Source: Tubiluchus corallicola (lineage: Eukaryota; Animalia; Priapulida). Taken from it: a stretch of DNA of 64,000 bases. Under the pieces are notes generated by a model. That model did not search any database and was not told the DNA's origin. It was given only the letters and a program-made list of their open reading frames with translations. A program made the translations under genes and the position numbers. Location of the stretch: positions 1-64,000 of the forward strand of contig JAQGDQ010000865.1 of the NCBI GenBank assembly GCA_030141605.1, given 5' to 3'. Positions 13,601 to 25,817 of the stretch are shown piece after piece (the first letter of the stretch is position 1; every line of letters starts with the position of its first letter).

Positions 13601-16600
13601 GTAAGTTTTCATTTCAGTGTGTCCTACAATCAATGTCTGCCATATTCCAACAAAATATTGTAGTGTTTTATACGTCATTTCTATTAAAATAAATAAAAAA
13701 GGCCATTTTACAAATTTGCATTTAATTCTCTAGTTCTAGACTTTAGTAAACACAAAATCACGCATTAAATAAACCTAATTTGTTAATTTTACTAATTTAT
13801 ACGACGTTCTATCGAATTTATAAGATTGTCATTCATTAAACTAAAATGTTCAAAGTGATCAGTTCAATCAAATTAATACAAAATGATGTATTTACTTACA
13901 TCGTACATCTCCATAAAGCAAATCTAGTGTTTACCAATATGTCTGACAAATTATCACTATCATACTGTGAAAAACTCCATTTAAAGAAGCCTGTTAACGT
14001 CTACCAACTAACTCACTTGCTCAAGTAGAAACAGATCTGCACAGGTGAGTTACCGTGGTCACGTGACCAACGGGATACTTAGCGAAATTCCCTACACAGT
14101 GGTTTATTATACCTCAGTATTTTGGGCGTTTCTTTTCATCATTTATTTCAACTAAAAGTCGTTGTGTTGGTCACCCTGTTGTAGCAACATTGTATTTCGC
14201 GTTGTTGTTTATTTCGCTGTTGTTTTTTCTAGATGGACATTTTTGATGCTGCCGAGAGGTACCGGGAAGAAGGACGTCCCATTATTATCCTGGCCGGGAA
14301 GGAGTACGGTTCAGGCTCTTCTCGGGATTGGGCTGCTAAAGGACCATTCCTGCTGGTATGTTGGCTTGCAATGGCGAACGTTTTGATTTAACAATTATTC
14401 GCATGATCGTGTAAAACTTACTGAAGGTTTCCCATATTGTGTGACAAAAACTTAATTGATTAAACTCGCAAAATACACAATAAGTGGCGCTTGCAATAAT
14501 AGTAAAGTTAGGTTTTTTCACTGACTACGAAACGTGTTATTTTGTATTTTCCACGATAACAAAACTCAAACGTTGTCGTAACTAAGGACTGAATTTTGCT
14601 AGCAACATCTGCGCGAAATTAATCTCCAAACTTTCTTGTAAAATGACTCCTTCACACCTGCCCACGTCTCACTCATTGCTTTATTGTTTTTTCTAATTCC
14701 ACTTTTGATAAAATGTTTTAATATTACGTAGTGTTCCTGTAGTGAAATAAATTGCTTATTCGCTAGCTTACGCACCAAAAACAGTTACGGCTGGCTGTTC
14801 TTTATATTGCACTATGGATTACAATTAGTGTGTGTCAGGGATGAGAATTTTCCGAGTTTTTGGAAGACCACTAGTGCCATTTTGTAAATCGCATAAATTT
14901 GTTGAAAAATTTTTACGGACCTAGTGCATTATTTCACAAGCTGACCTCTAGATGGCAGACCGTCACTTTGTTTACATCACGTACATCAGTGTAACCACGT
15001 GTATATCTCTATGTATAAAAATATAGAATCAATTGTGCGGAGTTATTTGAGTCAATTGCAGACAGTTTTTATATACTTTTGCATAGGAGCGGCCAGTACT
15101 TAGGCGTTTTTGAGACAATTAGGTATCATGTATCCTTGATAGTTGGGTATTTTAAATTATGCATGAAACAAGGTAATTGATATTTTAAGTCCACTTAGAG
15201 GCTCTCTGTGGTCACAAAATTGCAATTTGTTGCTGGCTCCAAGGGGGCTTCCCTTGAACCCCATTGGGGGGCCTAGGTGGCCCCAAAACTCCCGGCCTGT
15301 TTCAGAGTTTTTTGCAATTTGTTATTCTCATCCCTGGTGTGTGTCCTTTAAACGTTTGTTGTTTCTTTAGAGACTTTGTTTTAAATGCTTAAGTGACTTG
15401 GGTAGCTCTGCCACGTAATATAGAATAGTTTCATTGAATTTAAATAAAAAATTGTTAAAATATTCTCTAGAATTACGTTCTAAATTTGTTCCAGGGAGTG
15501 AAAGCCGTGATTGCTGAAAGTTATGAACGCATCCATCGTAGCAACCTGGTCGGCGTGGGCATCGTACCGCTGCAGTACCTTCCCGGAGAGTCCTCCGAGA
15601 CCCTTAAGCTTACCGGGAAAGAGACTTACTCGATTCATATCCCCGAGAACTTAAAACCGGGACAGGAGTTGACCGTGAAGGTAAGAACGTTGTTATTTGT
15701 TTATTTATTTATTATTTATGCATACAAAGAAGACGTTAATGTAATATGGTCAAACAGGTCATTGCACTCATGTTTTTGTTTGCCGGACCTCGCTTTTAGG
15801 GATGTCGGAAAATTCGGACAAACTCTGGTCCATTAAAAAGTCCCAAATACTTCGGACACAGTCCGTTATTTCGTGAAGTGACCGCTAGTTGGTGGGGCGT
15901 CACTTTCTTTACATCCAAGCAACGTGTAACGACACGTGTGTAGCTGACCGCTAGTTGGCAGGCCGTCACTTTGTTTACATCCAAGCAACGTGTAAAGACA
16001 CGTGTAGCTGACCGCTAGTTGGCAGGCCGTCACTTTGTTTACATCCAAGCAACGTGTAAAGACACGTGTAGCTGACCGCTAGTTGGCGGGGCGTCACTTT
16101 CTTTACATCCAAGCAACGTGTAACGACACGTGTGTAGCTGACCGCTAGTTGGCGGGGCGTCACTTTCTTTACATCCAAGCAACGTGTAATGACACGTGTG
16201 TAGCTGACCGCTAGTTGGCGGGCCGTCACTTTGTTTACATCCAAGCAACGTGTAACGACACGTGTGTAGCTGACCGCTAGTTGGCAGGCCGTCACTTTGT
16301 TTACATCCAAACAGCGTGCAATGACACGTGTCTAGCTGACCGCTAGTTGGCAGGCCGTCACTTTGTTTACATCCAAACAGCGTGCAATGACACGTGTCTA
16401 GCTGACCGCTAGTTGGCAGGCCGTCACTTTGTTTACATCCAAGCAACGTGTAACGACACGTGTGTAGCTGACCGCTAGTTGGCAGGCCGTCACTTTGTTT
16501 ACATCCAAGCAACGTGTAACGACACGTGTGTAGCTGACCGCTAGTTGGCAGGCCGTCACTTTGTTTACATCCAAACAGCGTGCAATGACACGTGTCTAGC

Positions 16601-19496
16601 TGACCGCTAGTTGGCCGGCCGTCACTTTGTTTACATCCAAGCAACGTGTAACGACACGTGTGTAGCTGACCGCTAGTTGGCAGGCCGTCACTTTGTTTAC
16701 ATCCAAACAGCGTGCAATGACACGTGTCTAGCTGACCGCTAGTTGGCAGGCCGTCACTTTGTTTACATCCAAGCAACGTGTAACGACACGTGTGTAGCTG
16801 ACCGCTAGTTGGCAGGCCGTCACTTTGTTTACATCCAAGCAACGTGTAAAGACACGTGTAGCTGACCGCTAGTTGGTGGGCCGTCACTTTGTTTACATCC
16901 AAACAGCGTGCAATGACACGTGTCTAGCTGACCGCTAGTTGGCAGGCCGTCACTTTGTTTACATCCAAGCAACGTGTAACGACACGTGTGTAGCTGACCG
17001 CTAGTTGGCAGGCCGTCACTTTGTTTACATCCAAACAGCGTGCAATGACACGTGTCTAGCTGACCGCTAGTTGGCAGGCCGTCACTTTGTTTACATCCAA
17101 GCAACGTGTAACGACACGTGTGTAGCTGACCGCTAGTTGGCAGGCCGTCACTTTGTTTACATCCAAGCAACGTGTAAAGACACGTGTAGCTGACCGCTAG
17201 TTGGCTGGGCGTCACTTTGTTTACATCCAAGCAACGTGTAATGACACGTGTAGCTGACCGCTAGTTGGCGGGCCGTCACTTTGTTCACATCCAAGCAGCG
17301 TGTAAAGACACGTGTAGCTGACCGCTAGTTGGCGGGCCGTCACTTTGTTTACATCCAAGCAGCGTGCAATGACACGTGTAGCTGACCGCTAGTTGGTGGG
17401 CCGTCACTTTGTTTACATCCAAGCAGCCCATAACGACACGTGTGTAGTTTGTATGTCAGCATGTTTAGTGGTTTACAGACAATTATGCCGAATTATTTGA
17501 GTCAATTGTTAACAGTTTTTATATAGTTTTGCAGGCCCGTACTTAGGCATTTTTGAGACAATTAGATGATTGATTCTACATTGCCATGAGTCTAATACAT
17601 GGTGCCTACTATATTAGCTTAGTATCGGTAAATATGGACAGTCAGCAAATTATGGAACACTTTGATCAAAGTGAAATTGATGGATTTTTAACCTCAAATT
17701 TTCGCAAACTCGACCTTCAAACAGCTCGGTTTCCGCGGTCACATACATCTCGTATCACTGAAAGAGCTTCCTAAATACCGTTTGCACTGAATGTGTAGCA
17801 ATAATCCATAAAAAATATGGGTAAAAGTACAGAAAAGTACAGGTCTATACACCCTCGATCTGACTCAACTTCGACTATAAGGGACGATTTTTTTCGGTCC
17901 GGAGGTGTCCCTTATATCCGAGGTTGAGCTTTAAGGGACATCGGATATAAGGGACGATTTTTTTCTGTCCAGAGGTGTCCCTTATATCCGAGGTTGAGCT
18001 ATAAGGGACATCGGATATAAGGGACGATTTTTTTCCGGTCCCGAGGTGTCGCTTATATCCGAGGTTGACATCAGATTTACTACAACAAGCGTGGTTTATT
18101 CATTCATTTAGATAGTATAATTCAGCGTTCAAGTAAATGTACATCAATATTATGCTTTTACAGCTGTATAATTCAGCGTTCAAGTAAATGTACATCAATA
18201 TTATGCTTTTACAGCTGTATAATTCAGCGTTCAAGTAAATGTACATCAATATTATGCTTTTACAGCTGTATAATTCAGCGTTCAAGTAAATGTACATCAA
18301 TATTATGCTTTTACAGCTGTATATCAGCGTTCAAGTAAATGTACATCAATATTATGCTTTTACAGCTGTATAATTCAGCGTTCAAGTAAATGTACATCAA
18401 TATTATGCTTTTACAGCTGTATAATTCAGCGTTCAAGTAAATGTACATCAATATTATGCTTTTACAGCTGTATAATTCAGCGTTCAAGTAAATGTACATC
18501 AATATTATGCTTTTACAGCTGTATAATTCAGCGTTCAAGTAAATGTACATCAATATTATGCTTTTACAGCTGTATAATTCAGCGTTCAAGTAAATGTACA
18601 TCAATATTATGCTTTTACAGCTGTATAATTCAGCGTTCAAGTAAATGTACATCAATATTATGCTTTTACAGCTGTATAATTCAGCGTTCAAGTAAATGTA
18701 CATCAATATTATGCTTTTACAGCTGTATAATTCAGCGTTCAAGTAAATGTACATCAATATTATGCTTTTACAGCTGTATAATTCAGCGTTCAAGTAAATG
18801 TACATCAATATTATGCTTTTACAGCTGTATAATTCAGCGTTCAAGTAAATGTACATCAATATTATGCTTTTACAGCTGTATAATTCAGCGTTCAAGTAAA
18901 TGTACATCAATATTATGCTTTTACAGCTGTATAATTCAGCGTTCAAGTAAATGTACATCAATATTATGCTTTTACAGCTGTATAATTCAGCGTTCAAGTA
19001 AATGTACATCAATATTATGCTTTTACAGCTGTATAATTCAGCGTTCAAGTAAATGTACATCAATATTATGCTTTTACAGCTGTATAATTCAGCGTTCAAG
19101 TAAATGTACATCAATATTATGCTTTTACAGCTGTATAATTCAGCGTTCAAGTAAATGTACATCAATATTATGCTTTTACAGCTGTATAATTCAGCGTTCA
19201 AGTAAATGTACATCAATATTATGCTTTTACAGCTGTATAATTCAGCGTTCAAGTAAATGTACATCAATATTGTGCTTTTACAGCTGTATAATTCAGCGTT
19301 CAAGTAAATGTACATCTATATTATGCTTTTACAGCTGTATAATTCAGCGTTCAAGTAAATGTACATCTATATTATGCTTTTACAGCTGTCGGATGGTCGC
19401 AGTTTTCAAGCAACATGCCGTTTTGACACCGATCCAGAGCTGGAGTACTTCCGCCACGGAGGCATCCTCAACTACATGATACGACAGATGCTCTAA
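7490..19496 (+). CDS. ACO1: Cytosolic aconitase / iron regulatory protein 1, 3' part (exons 7490-7637, 14233-14355, 15495-15680, 19386-19496); 5' exons not in window
   Basis: Four GT-AG, phase-compatible exons splice to [29 protein letters not shown]...[41 protein letters not shown]...[25 protein letters not shown], the AcnA/IRP swivel-domain signature. Confidence 0.96.
7733..8296. mobile_element. Tc1/mariner (pogo/Tigger-like) MITE
   Basis: TA|CAGTGTTCtCTC...GAGGGAACACTG|TA; related end at ~45830-45891. Confidence 0.75.
8690..9300 (-). mobile_element. CR1/L2-type LINE 3' remnant
   Basis: ORF with YNTR...[12 protein letters not shown]...SLSTFK, typical of the LINE C-terminus; boundaries approximate. 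Confidence 0.55.
10155..10643. mobile_element. hAT-family MITE, same family as 24233-24715
   Basis: Colinear high identity; degenerate 8-bp TSD gtatgtga/gtctatga. Confidence 0.85.
11160..11828. repeat. ~91-bp purine-rich minisatellite, ~7 copies
   Basis: gagtgaatgaa...ggttagggttagtagacatgatg recurs every 91-92 bp. Confidence 0.9.
14233..14355 (+). CDS. ACO1: ACO1/IRP1 internal exon
   Basis: ttctag|ATG GAC...CTG CTG|gtatgt; encodes [10 protein letters not shown]...[16 protein letters not shown]. Confidence 0.95.
14836..15336. mobile_element. hAT-family MITE
   Basis: TIR CAGGGATGAGAAT; 8-bp TSD GTGTGTGT. Confidence 0.85.
15495..15680 (+). CDS. ACO1: ACO1/IRP1 penultimate exon
   Basis: ttccag|GGA GTG...GTG AAG|gtaaga; encodes [13 protein letters not shown]. 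Confidence 0.95.
15878..17447. repeat. 64/66-bp minisatellite, ~24 copies, in ACO1 intron
   Basis: Unit gtcactttgtttacatccaagcaacgtgtaacgacacgtgtgtagctgaccgctagttggcaggcc. Confidence 0.97.
18117..19389. repeat. 51-bp tandem repeat, 25 copies, containing the ACO1 last-exon splice acceptor
   Basis: Unit ataattcagcgttcaagtaaatgtacatcaatattatgcttttacag|ctgt; 1273 bp = 25x51 minus one 2-bp deletion. Confidence 0.97.
19386..19496 (+). CDS. ACO1: ACO1/IRP1 last coding exon
   Basis: ttttacag|CTG TCG GAT; encodes [36 protein letters not shown] followed by TAA. Confidence 0.93.
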   Translation: MSDGRSFQATCRFDTDPELEYFRHGGILNYMIRQML

Positions 19497-19659
19497 TTGT
19501 TCTCCTCGTTTAGCGATTGTTGAATTTAAACCGATAATTTAACCTCGACGACAGTATTTTTTATAAAGTTGGATATTTTATCTTCGGTGTAGCGTTGCCA
19601 GGTCATTTAATATCCATCTCTGTTCGGAAAAACATTTAGTTTGCTTTTGGCAGGATACT

Positions 19660-20052
19660 TTTGCTTCAACTGTTTGTAGTGTGCTAGTTTCGTTGTCAAT
19701 GGAGCAATGAAATGCTGGCTTACTAAATGAAACTAGTTGTACTTAGGCATTGCTTCAACTGTTTGTGGTGTGCTTGTTTCATTGTCAATAGATCAATGAA
19801 ATGCTGGCTTACTAAGTGAAACTAGTTGTACTTAGGTATTGCTTCAACTGTTTGTGGTGTGCTAGTTTCATTGTCAATAGAACAATTAAATGCTGGCTTA
19901 CTAAATGAAACTAGTTGTACTCAGGCGTTGCTTCAACTGTTTGTAGTGTGCTACATGTAGTTTCATCATCAAAAGAGTGATGAAATAGTGACTTACTAAA
20001 TGAAATAAGTTATGCTTGAACATTGCTTCAACTGTTTGTGGTGTGCTAGTTT
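19660..20052. repeat. ~89-bp tandem repeat, ~4 copies, in probable ACO1 3' UTR
   Basis: ttgcttcaactgtttgt at ~19661, 19750, 19839, 19928 and 20023. Confidence 0.9.
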
Positions 20053-20805
20053 CTTTATGAATCTTCATGTTCCTTCATTGGCTTAAACTCAACCGTAGCG
20101 AACTTTATGTTATAATCAAAGTGTGATGCATTTACTTTACGAATTTGCTGCAAAAACATAAGTTTGGCTCACAGCTTGGTTGGTTTTTTTTTACAACTAA
20201 GAACTTGTATGGCTTTTAAACAATAATTTTTGCTCAAATGTGGAGCTTTGCTTCGTATAAAAAAACACAATAAAAAAGGAAAGACAGGATGTGTGAACCG
20301 GCATCAGGAATCCAGAAACAACTAAATGAAAACCGCAAAATGCAACAAGGCATATAAGTACAGTCACAACACACGATAAGAATAACAAAACGTCACAGTA
20401 ACACCGATTTAAGAATACCAGAAAAAATGAGCAGTTCTTTCTCTTTATTGTGGTTTTTTCTTACTTGTTCTGTTCTCGTTTACTAAGAACTATCTCTGTA
20501 TTATTCATTTTACATGCACGTGATACATTAAACTCGCATATGTGTTTAACTGATAGCTGTACGATACACAAGAAAATGTACGATACACGAAAAAATATAC
20601 GATACACGGCAGTATCAATACGCAGCTTTGCTTAGCTTGAATTTTTTGTTTAGACAACTTAACACTGTGATTTTTTTTGTAAGATAATAACTGATGTAAA
20701 TTAGTTCGTTTAGCAGCTTGCTATGAAAAGCATTGAATATTATGATGTCTGCAATTGGCAGTGGAAGGCAGACAATTGTCTTGAGGTGAAGTAGTTTCCT
20801 GGGAA

Positions 20806-21276
20806 TTCTTCTTCTTCCCAGCTTTTCCCTATTCGGGGTCGCCGTTGTGAATGAGTCTTCTCCACGCATTCCTGTTGTTGACCATCTCTTCATTTATGTC
20901 TTCCCTTCCCACGTGATCTTCACCGACTCTTCTTTTCAGGTGTCCATACCATCGCAATCTTGCGAGGCTTCCACTACTTTTACTGTTCCTCTGATATTAT
21001 TATTTCTAATTTTATCTCTTCTTGTTATTCCCACCATCCATCTCAACATCCTCATCTCCACCACACCCATTTTCTTCTCTTCGGTCTTCTTTAGAGAAGC
21101 TGCTTCCAGCCCATAGATTAGAGCAGGTCTGACCACTTCTTTGTGGACTTTCCCTTTAAGTCTCACCGACTCATTCATAGAAGGTTTTGGCGCAGTTTTT
21201 ACAGGCGGATGCCCTTCCTGACCCTAACCCTCCCTATTTATCCGGGCTTGGGACCGGCACTGAGTTGGGCTGGCTT
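20806..21276 (-). mobile_element. RTE-clade internally deleted (bipartite) retroelement
   Basis: ORF KGKVHKEVVRPALIYGLE...EMRMLRWMVGITRRDKIRN is typical of RTE; (GAA)n tail; imperfect TSD aagtagtttYcWggga on both sides. Confidence 0.8.
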
Positions 21277-21663
21277 AAGTAGTTTTCAGGGACTAATGCT
21301 GTTTTATAAAAACTGTTCTGATTGCATAATTGTCATGTATGTTGTAATTGAAGTTAGGACCACTGCTTTCTGGCTCTCTTGCTGTCTGTATGTAATAATT
21401 GTGAAACGTATGTAACGTAGTAGGAGTAGAAATTGTAATTCGTTGTTGGACTTTGTTGAAATCGTTTACGTGTGTTCGTTTGAAATCAAATTGATTCTCC
21501 GTCTTTGTTAAACTGACACTTGCTTTTATTTCAGCTTTGGTTTATTACTGGTTCTAGTTCCAAGATGGTTAATGAAATAATATATTCTAGATGGTGATAC
21601 TGACAAGGTGGCTTTTTTGTGTTTGTTCCTGTAAACTGTTACGGATAATTGAAACAAGTTTAA

Positions 21664-22124
21664 CCCTTTCATTCCCGTTGCATCCCGTGGGATACGAGAA
21701 TATTTTCTGCTTTTAAAATTAATAAAATTTTAAAACTGAGAGTCATTTGATCTGTTAATAGTTATTTTGATTTAAGCCAATAACAATAGACTAAAAATGG
21801 TGATAAAATGGCAAACTAGAAAATCTACATAGCATAAAAACTGCGCAAGGTACAGTACTCTAGAGACGACTTTGTACAGATCAGTATAGCGTGCATACTA
21901 AATGTCTTAAATACTTTAAAAAATTATCAGCAGTTGCAAAATGAAGCACATTTTATGCTTCCATTGAATCCCAATGTATCCCGTGGGATACAGGCTATAT
22001 TTAGCACGCGGGCACAGGTAGAAAAAAATAATTATTATGTGTAAACAAGATAGACATACTGAACAAAAGTACCAAGCAAAAAAAAAATTTTTCTTATTAA
22101 AAAAATAATTTGGGACTGAAAGGG
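21664..22124. mobile_element. piggyBac-like MITE, copy 2
   Basis: TTAA TSD and CCCTTTCA TIRs. Confidence 0.9.
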
Positions 22125-22968
22125 TTAAGGTCGTTTAATTGAAACAAAGTTAGATAACATTGCGTAAAGTTTGAAAAATAATCGAAGCATTCGTAGCGCA
22201 CTCTCTTTGCTATAACTAAGCAAAGGTACAAATTACTTTGCATTGTCAATGAAATTTAAAATGCATTTTTTTGGTGAGTCAGTGGTGCACACTGGGTAGG
22301 CGAGTCTGATTCAATTCAATTCAAAGGTTTATTTATCTCTAATATAATATTTATAGCGCAAATACAACAAATTATGTAAAGTGTGTAGAGGTCATCGAGT
22401 CAGCCACCCCTTAAGACATTTCTGAGACATTTTACCAATTGGCGCAGACATTTTGGAGCAGTAAAAATTTCCTTTTCTACTTCGGAAGCATTTTAAGTAA
22501 GTAAGCGCGATGCTAAGTGACATTACTTTGTGTGGAAAGCTTTTCAGGACATGATAAGTTGACTTTTTGCTGATATTCTCTTTGAAGAGCCATTCTTTAT
22601 CGCATGACTATGATGCTACTGTTGCCATAACAACATTACAATGTTCAATAGAAAAATTTATTGCTATACGTAGAAGAAGTAATATGACACCTGAACGGTG
22701 TATGAAGGAATTTTACTGAATTATTTCATAAATAACAAGCTACATGCCATAAGACTTGTAATAATGCAACGTTGACGTGATTTCATTTTATTACAAATGA
22801 AACAAGCGTCGTTTTAATTAGAAGCGCGTCATCCAAACGTGTTCAAAAGCTACGAAAATTCCTTCGAAACTTCAGAACTACTGTAAATGACAGAAAGCGT
22901 ATATCTCGGACAGAAACACTGGAGACAATGCTAGGAAAAACGCCGCGTTCTACAACTTGCTAAGCCAA

Positions 22969-23479
22969 TCACACACCAAAGCATCCGGAATCCCACCGTT
23001 TGTTTTGAATGTTCACTGGGTAGTAACAAAGCTTCTGTCGTCCAATCTCTATCTTCTTCACAGAAAACACAAAACGTGCCATATCAAATTTATCTTTCAA
23101 TGTTTTTAACCATATTTTCTCGTACGGCACATCGCAGCCATCAATGGCCGATTGCGGAACAGGTGCTAAAAAATTGAGAAGATCTGCCAGCACTTTTTGG
23201 TTTCATCACCCATTGACAACACGCACGTTCTTCCTAGCTTCCGGATGCTGGACGTTTTGGTGCATCATAGGCTTCACATGAGCAAACTCCAACTGAATAG
23301 ACTATTGCAATTGCAAAATGTCTACAAAACGTTTTCAACTAGAGCTAAGTCTAATGGCGCGTTAAAATTAGCGAGTTTTCCTTGCCAAGTAACTCAAAGC
23401 CTGCGATTTCGTGGCAACAGCAAGTTGCAAACAAGAGACAAAACTTACCACCGAAATCTCGCTGGCCCGAACACGCCAT
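22969..23479 (-). CDS. Candidate small two-exon orphan gene (23479-23449 + 23165-22969), 75 aa
   Basis: acATGGCG start, G|gtaagt donor, cttctcaattttttag acceptor in matching phase, AATAAA at 22792-22787. No recognisable homology. Confidence 0.3.
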
Positions 23480-24232
23480 GTATAACGCCGTAACTTATTG
23501 CCAAGTTTTCAAAATTACCGCAATAGAACAGACGAAATAACAACTTCATATTACGTAACAAAATAAATTCTAACGATACCGTAATAAAAATATTTACAAA
23601 TCTAACAAATGACAACATACATAATAAATATTTTACACTTTTGACGTGAAAGTCCGTTACGAAATATCTTATCAATGTATATCTGAAGTCAAATTAAATC
23701 TTTCATAATTTCAAAGCAAAAATCAATCACTGTAGCACAGTTATATTGCAGCTGTTTAGGTTGTACACTGTACAGATTCTAGCAAGCGGTGCAAACTTGA
23801 CGCCCGCCTGTGTTAATCAGCATCAAGATTGCTCTCGTAACATGCATCTTTGCAAGACTACACAAATAGTTCTTCACATAATCGAAGTCCAAAATAATTT
23901 TCAATAATCGAACCGAAATAGAAATAAATTTACTCGATTGCAAACTTAGTGAAAAACGTATCCGTCATTTTAATCAGCGATGCCGCCGCAGAGCAAAAAC
24001 ACAATTTCATAGCACCACCTTTGGTCAGGTATTCAAAATTAAACACGCCATAAATTACTGACCTTAATTACCTCATTGTCACCGTTAACGAATAATGAAA
24101 GCGAATAAGCGTAATTCATCTCCTACCTAATAGCAAATTAACAACAAAAACTGTGAGAAGAGCCTATATAATATAAACCAACAAAAACTACAACTACTAG
24201 AAACATTAGGTGTTTACTACATAGCCTTACAC

Positions 24233-24715
24233 CAGGGGTGTGCAAATTATCTGACTAGCCGGGCCACATTAAACTTTCTATCAATTCCTGCGGGCCACGG
24301 GCAGTTTGATCAAGGAGCAAAGTACAGAAAGACCTAATAACGATTTTTTTTGCATCCGACCTGCATAGATCATTACTACTACACTCAATAAACTATTTTA
24401 GAAGTTATTAAAATTTATATTACAAACCATATATTTCTACTTTCAGGGCATATAGTGGTAATTTCATTACAATGCATATTAGTAATGTGTATGACACAGT
24501 CTGTGTAGTACAGTGACATTAAGCTACAACCGTCTTGTAAGGGTTAATGGCATCCGATCTAGTAGAAAAAACTACCTGCACTATCTTAGGGATCGTGGCA
24601 CGGACTTCAGCTGGATACACTCAATTAATCGCCCGGGCCGCACTTTCATTAGGTTGACAAATCTCTTTGCGGGCCGCACAAATTCTCTCGGCGGGCCGCA
24701 ATTTGCACACCCCTG
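24233..24715. mobile_element. hAT-family MITE
   Basis: TIR CAGGGGTGTGCAAAT and perfect 8-bp TSD CCTTACAC; further copies at 10155-10643 and a partial copy from 62481. Confidence 0.9.
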
Positions 24716-25817
24716 CCTTACACCAAAATGATAACAAAGTTTCTCAATGTAACGATTAATAAAAACAGTTTACGACAATACGAAAATTTCTGATTCGATC
24801 TGAGAAATGAATTCTTCCTTTTCTACACAATTTTAGCTAAGCAGCAAGATCGTACTACTTTCTCATCTTCTCAGTGAACTTGCCTTTAGATCCTATTGTT
24901 TACATGCAGTCTTACAGAGAGACCAGACTAGCGAGTTTTCTCTCCGTGTAACTTGCGAGAGAGTTGAAACTTGATGCGAGTAACTCAGCAAGGCGTTCAC
25001 ACTAGACAGTAACACACAGTAAGCGCAAGCTGGCACTCCTTTCTCTATTCACTGTCGAGAGTAACTCGTCGAATACCTGAGATCGGACGAGACAGTGAAC
25101 CAAGTTTCGGCAACTCTTAGAGTGTACAATTTCTTGCCGACAGTAACTTGCAAAGCAGTTCACACTTGCAAGTTTGTGGCTAGAGAAAAAAACTCACTAG
25201 TGTGGACGTGCCATTATAAAGACCTCATATTCTCTTAAAGTGCTATGCACACTCATTTACTATACTTCACAACACAAAGTTTGACATAATTGCGTCCTGG
25301 CTATGCAAGGCATCCGAAATGGTCACCTCAACAAAACTAGAAAAACACTACCTGCTAAAAATGCATGATTTAGGGTCTACTTTGCTCACCCGAAAGAAAC
25401 CCTTGTCAAACTATTAGTTTAAATAAACCCCGGATGCTTCAAAACATTATCACAAGTCTCTTCTTTACATAATTAATTCTATCAAATACTCGTACATGTA
25501 CCAAAAAAATTCTAGCACGAAGTTGACTACCAATAAAACTCGACGTAAAAAGAGGAAATATCTTCGGATCAGCTCTCTTGTGATACGCTAGATAAATGGA
25601 CAAACAATTTGAAAATTAGCTGTAGAAGTTTCCGAATTTTCTCCAGGTCACAGCGATTCTGCTCGTATCTTATCTACAAAATCAAAAAAGCTAATCTCTT
25701 TCTCATCTTTCTCTCTCTTTCTCATCTTTCTTAACTTCTGGAAAAAACTGCTAGCTTCCTGTTTCGCGGGACAAAATTTTCCTTCTTTACTATTTCTGAT
25801 GCAACTCGCTACGTCGC

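Noticed and set aside
15796-19479. Long repetitive ORFs (up to 334 aa) in the 66-bp and 51-bp arrays
   Set aside because: Stop-free frames arise because the unit lengths are multiples of 3; they are intronic, mostly antisense to ACO1, and have no protein family signature.
19700-19760. SECIS-like AUGA...AAA hairpin in the ACO1 3' UTR repeat
   Set aside because: The 3' side has GC rather than the required GA of the kink-turn core, and no in-frame UGA was seen in the ACO1 exons.
23200-23295. Tandem in-frame TGA TGA upstream of ORF 22969-23193 as a possible selenoprotein
   Set aside because: No selenoprotein homology or SECIS recognised; a splice acceptor downstream of the TGAs explains the ORF more simply.
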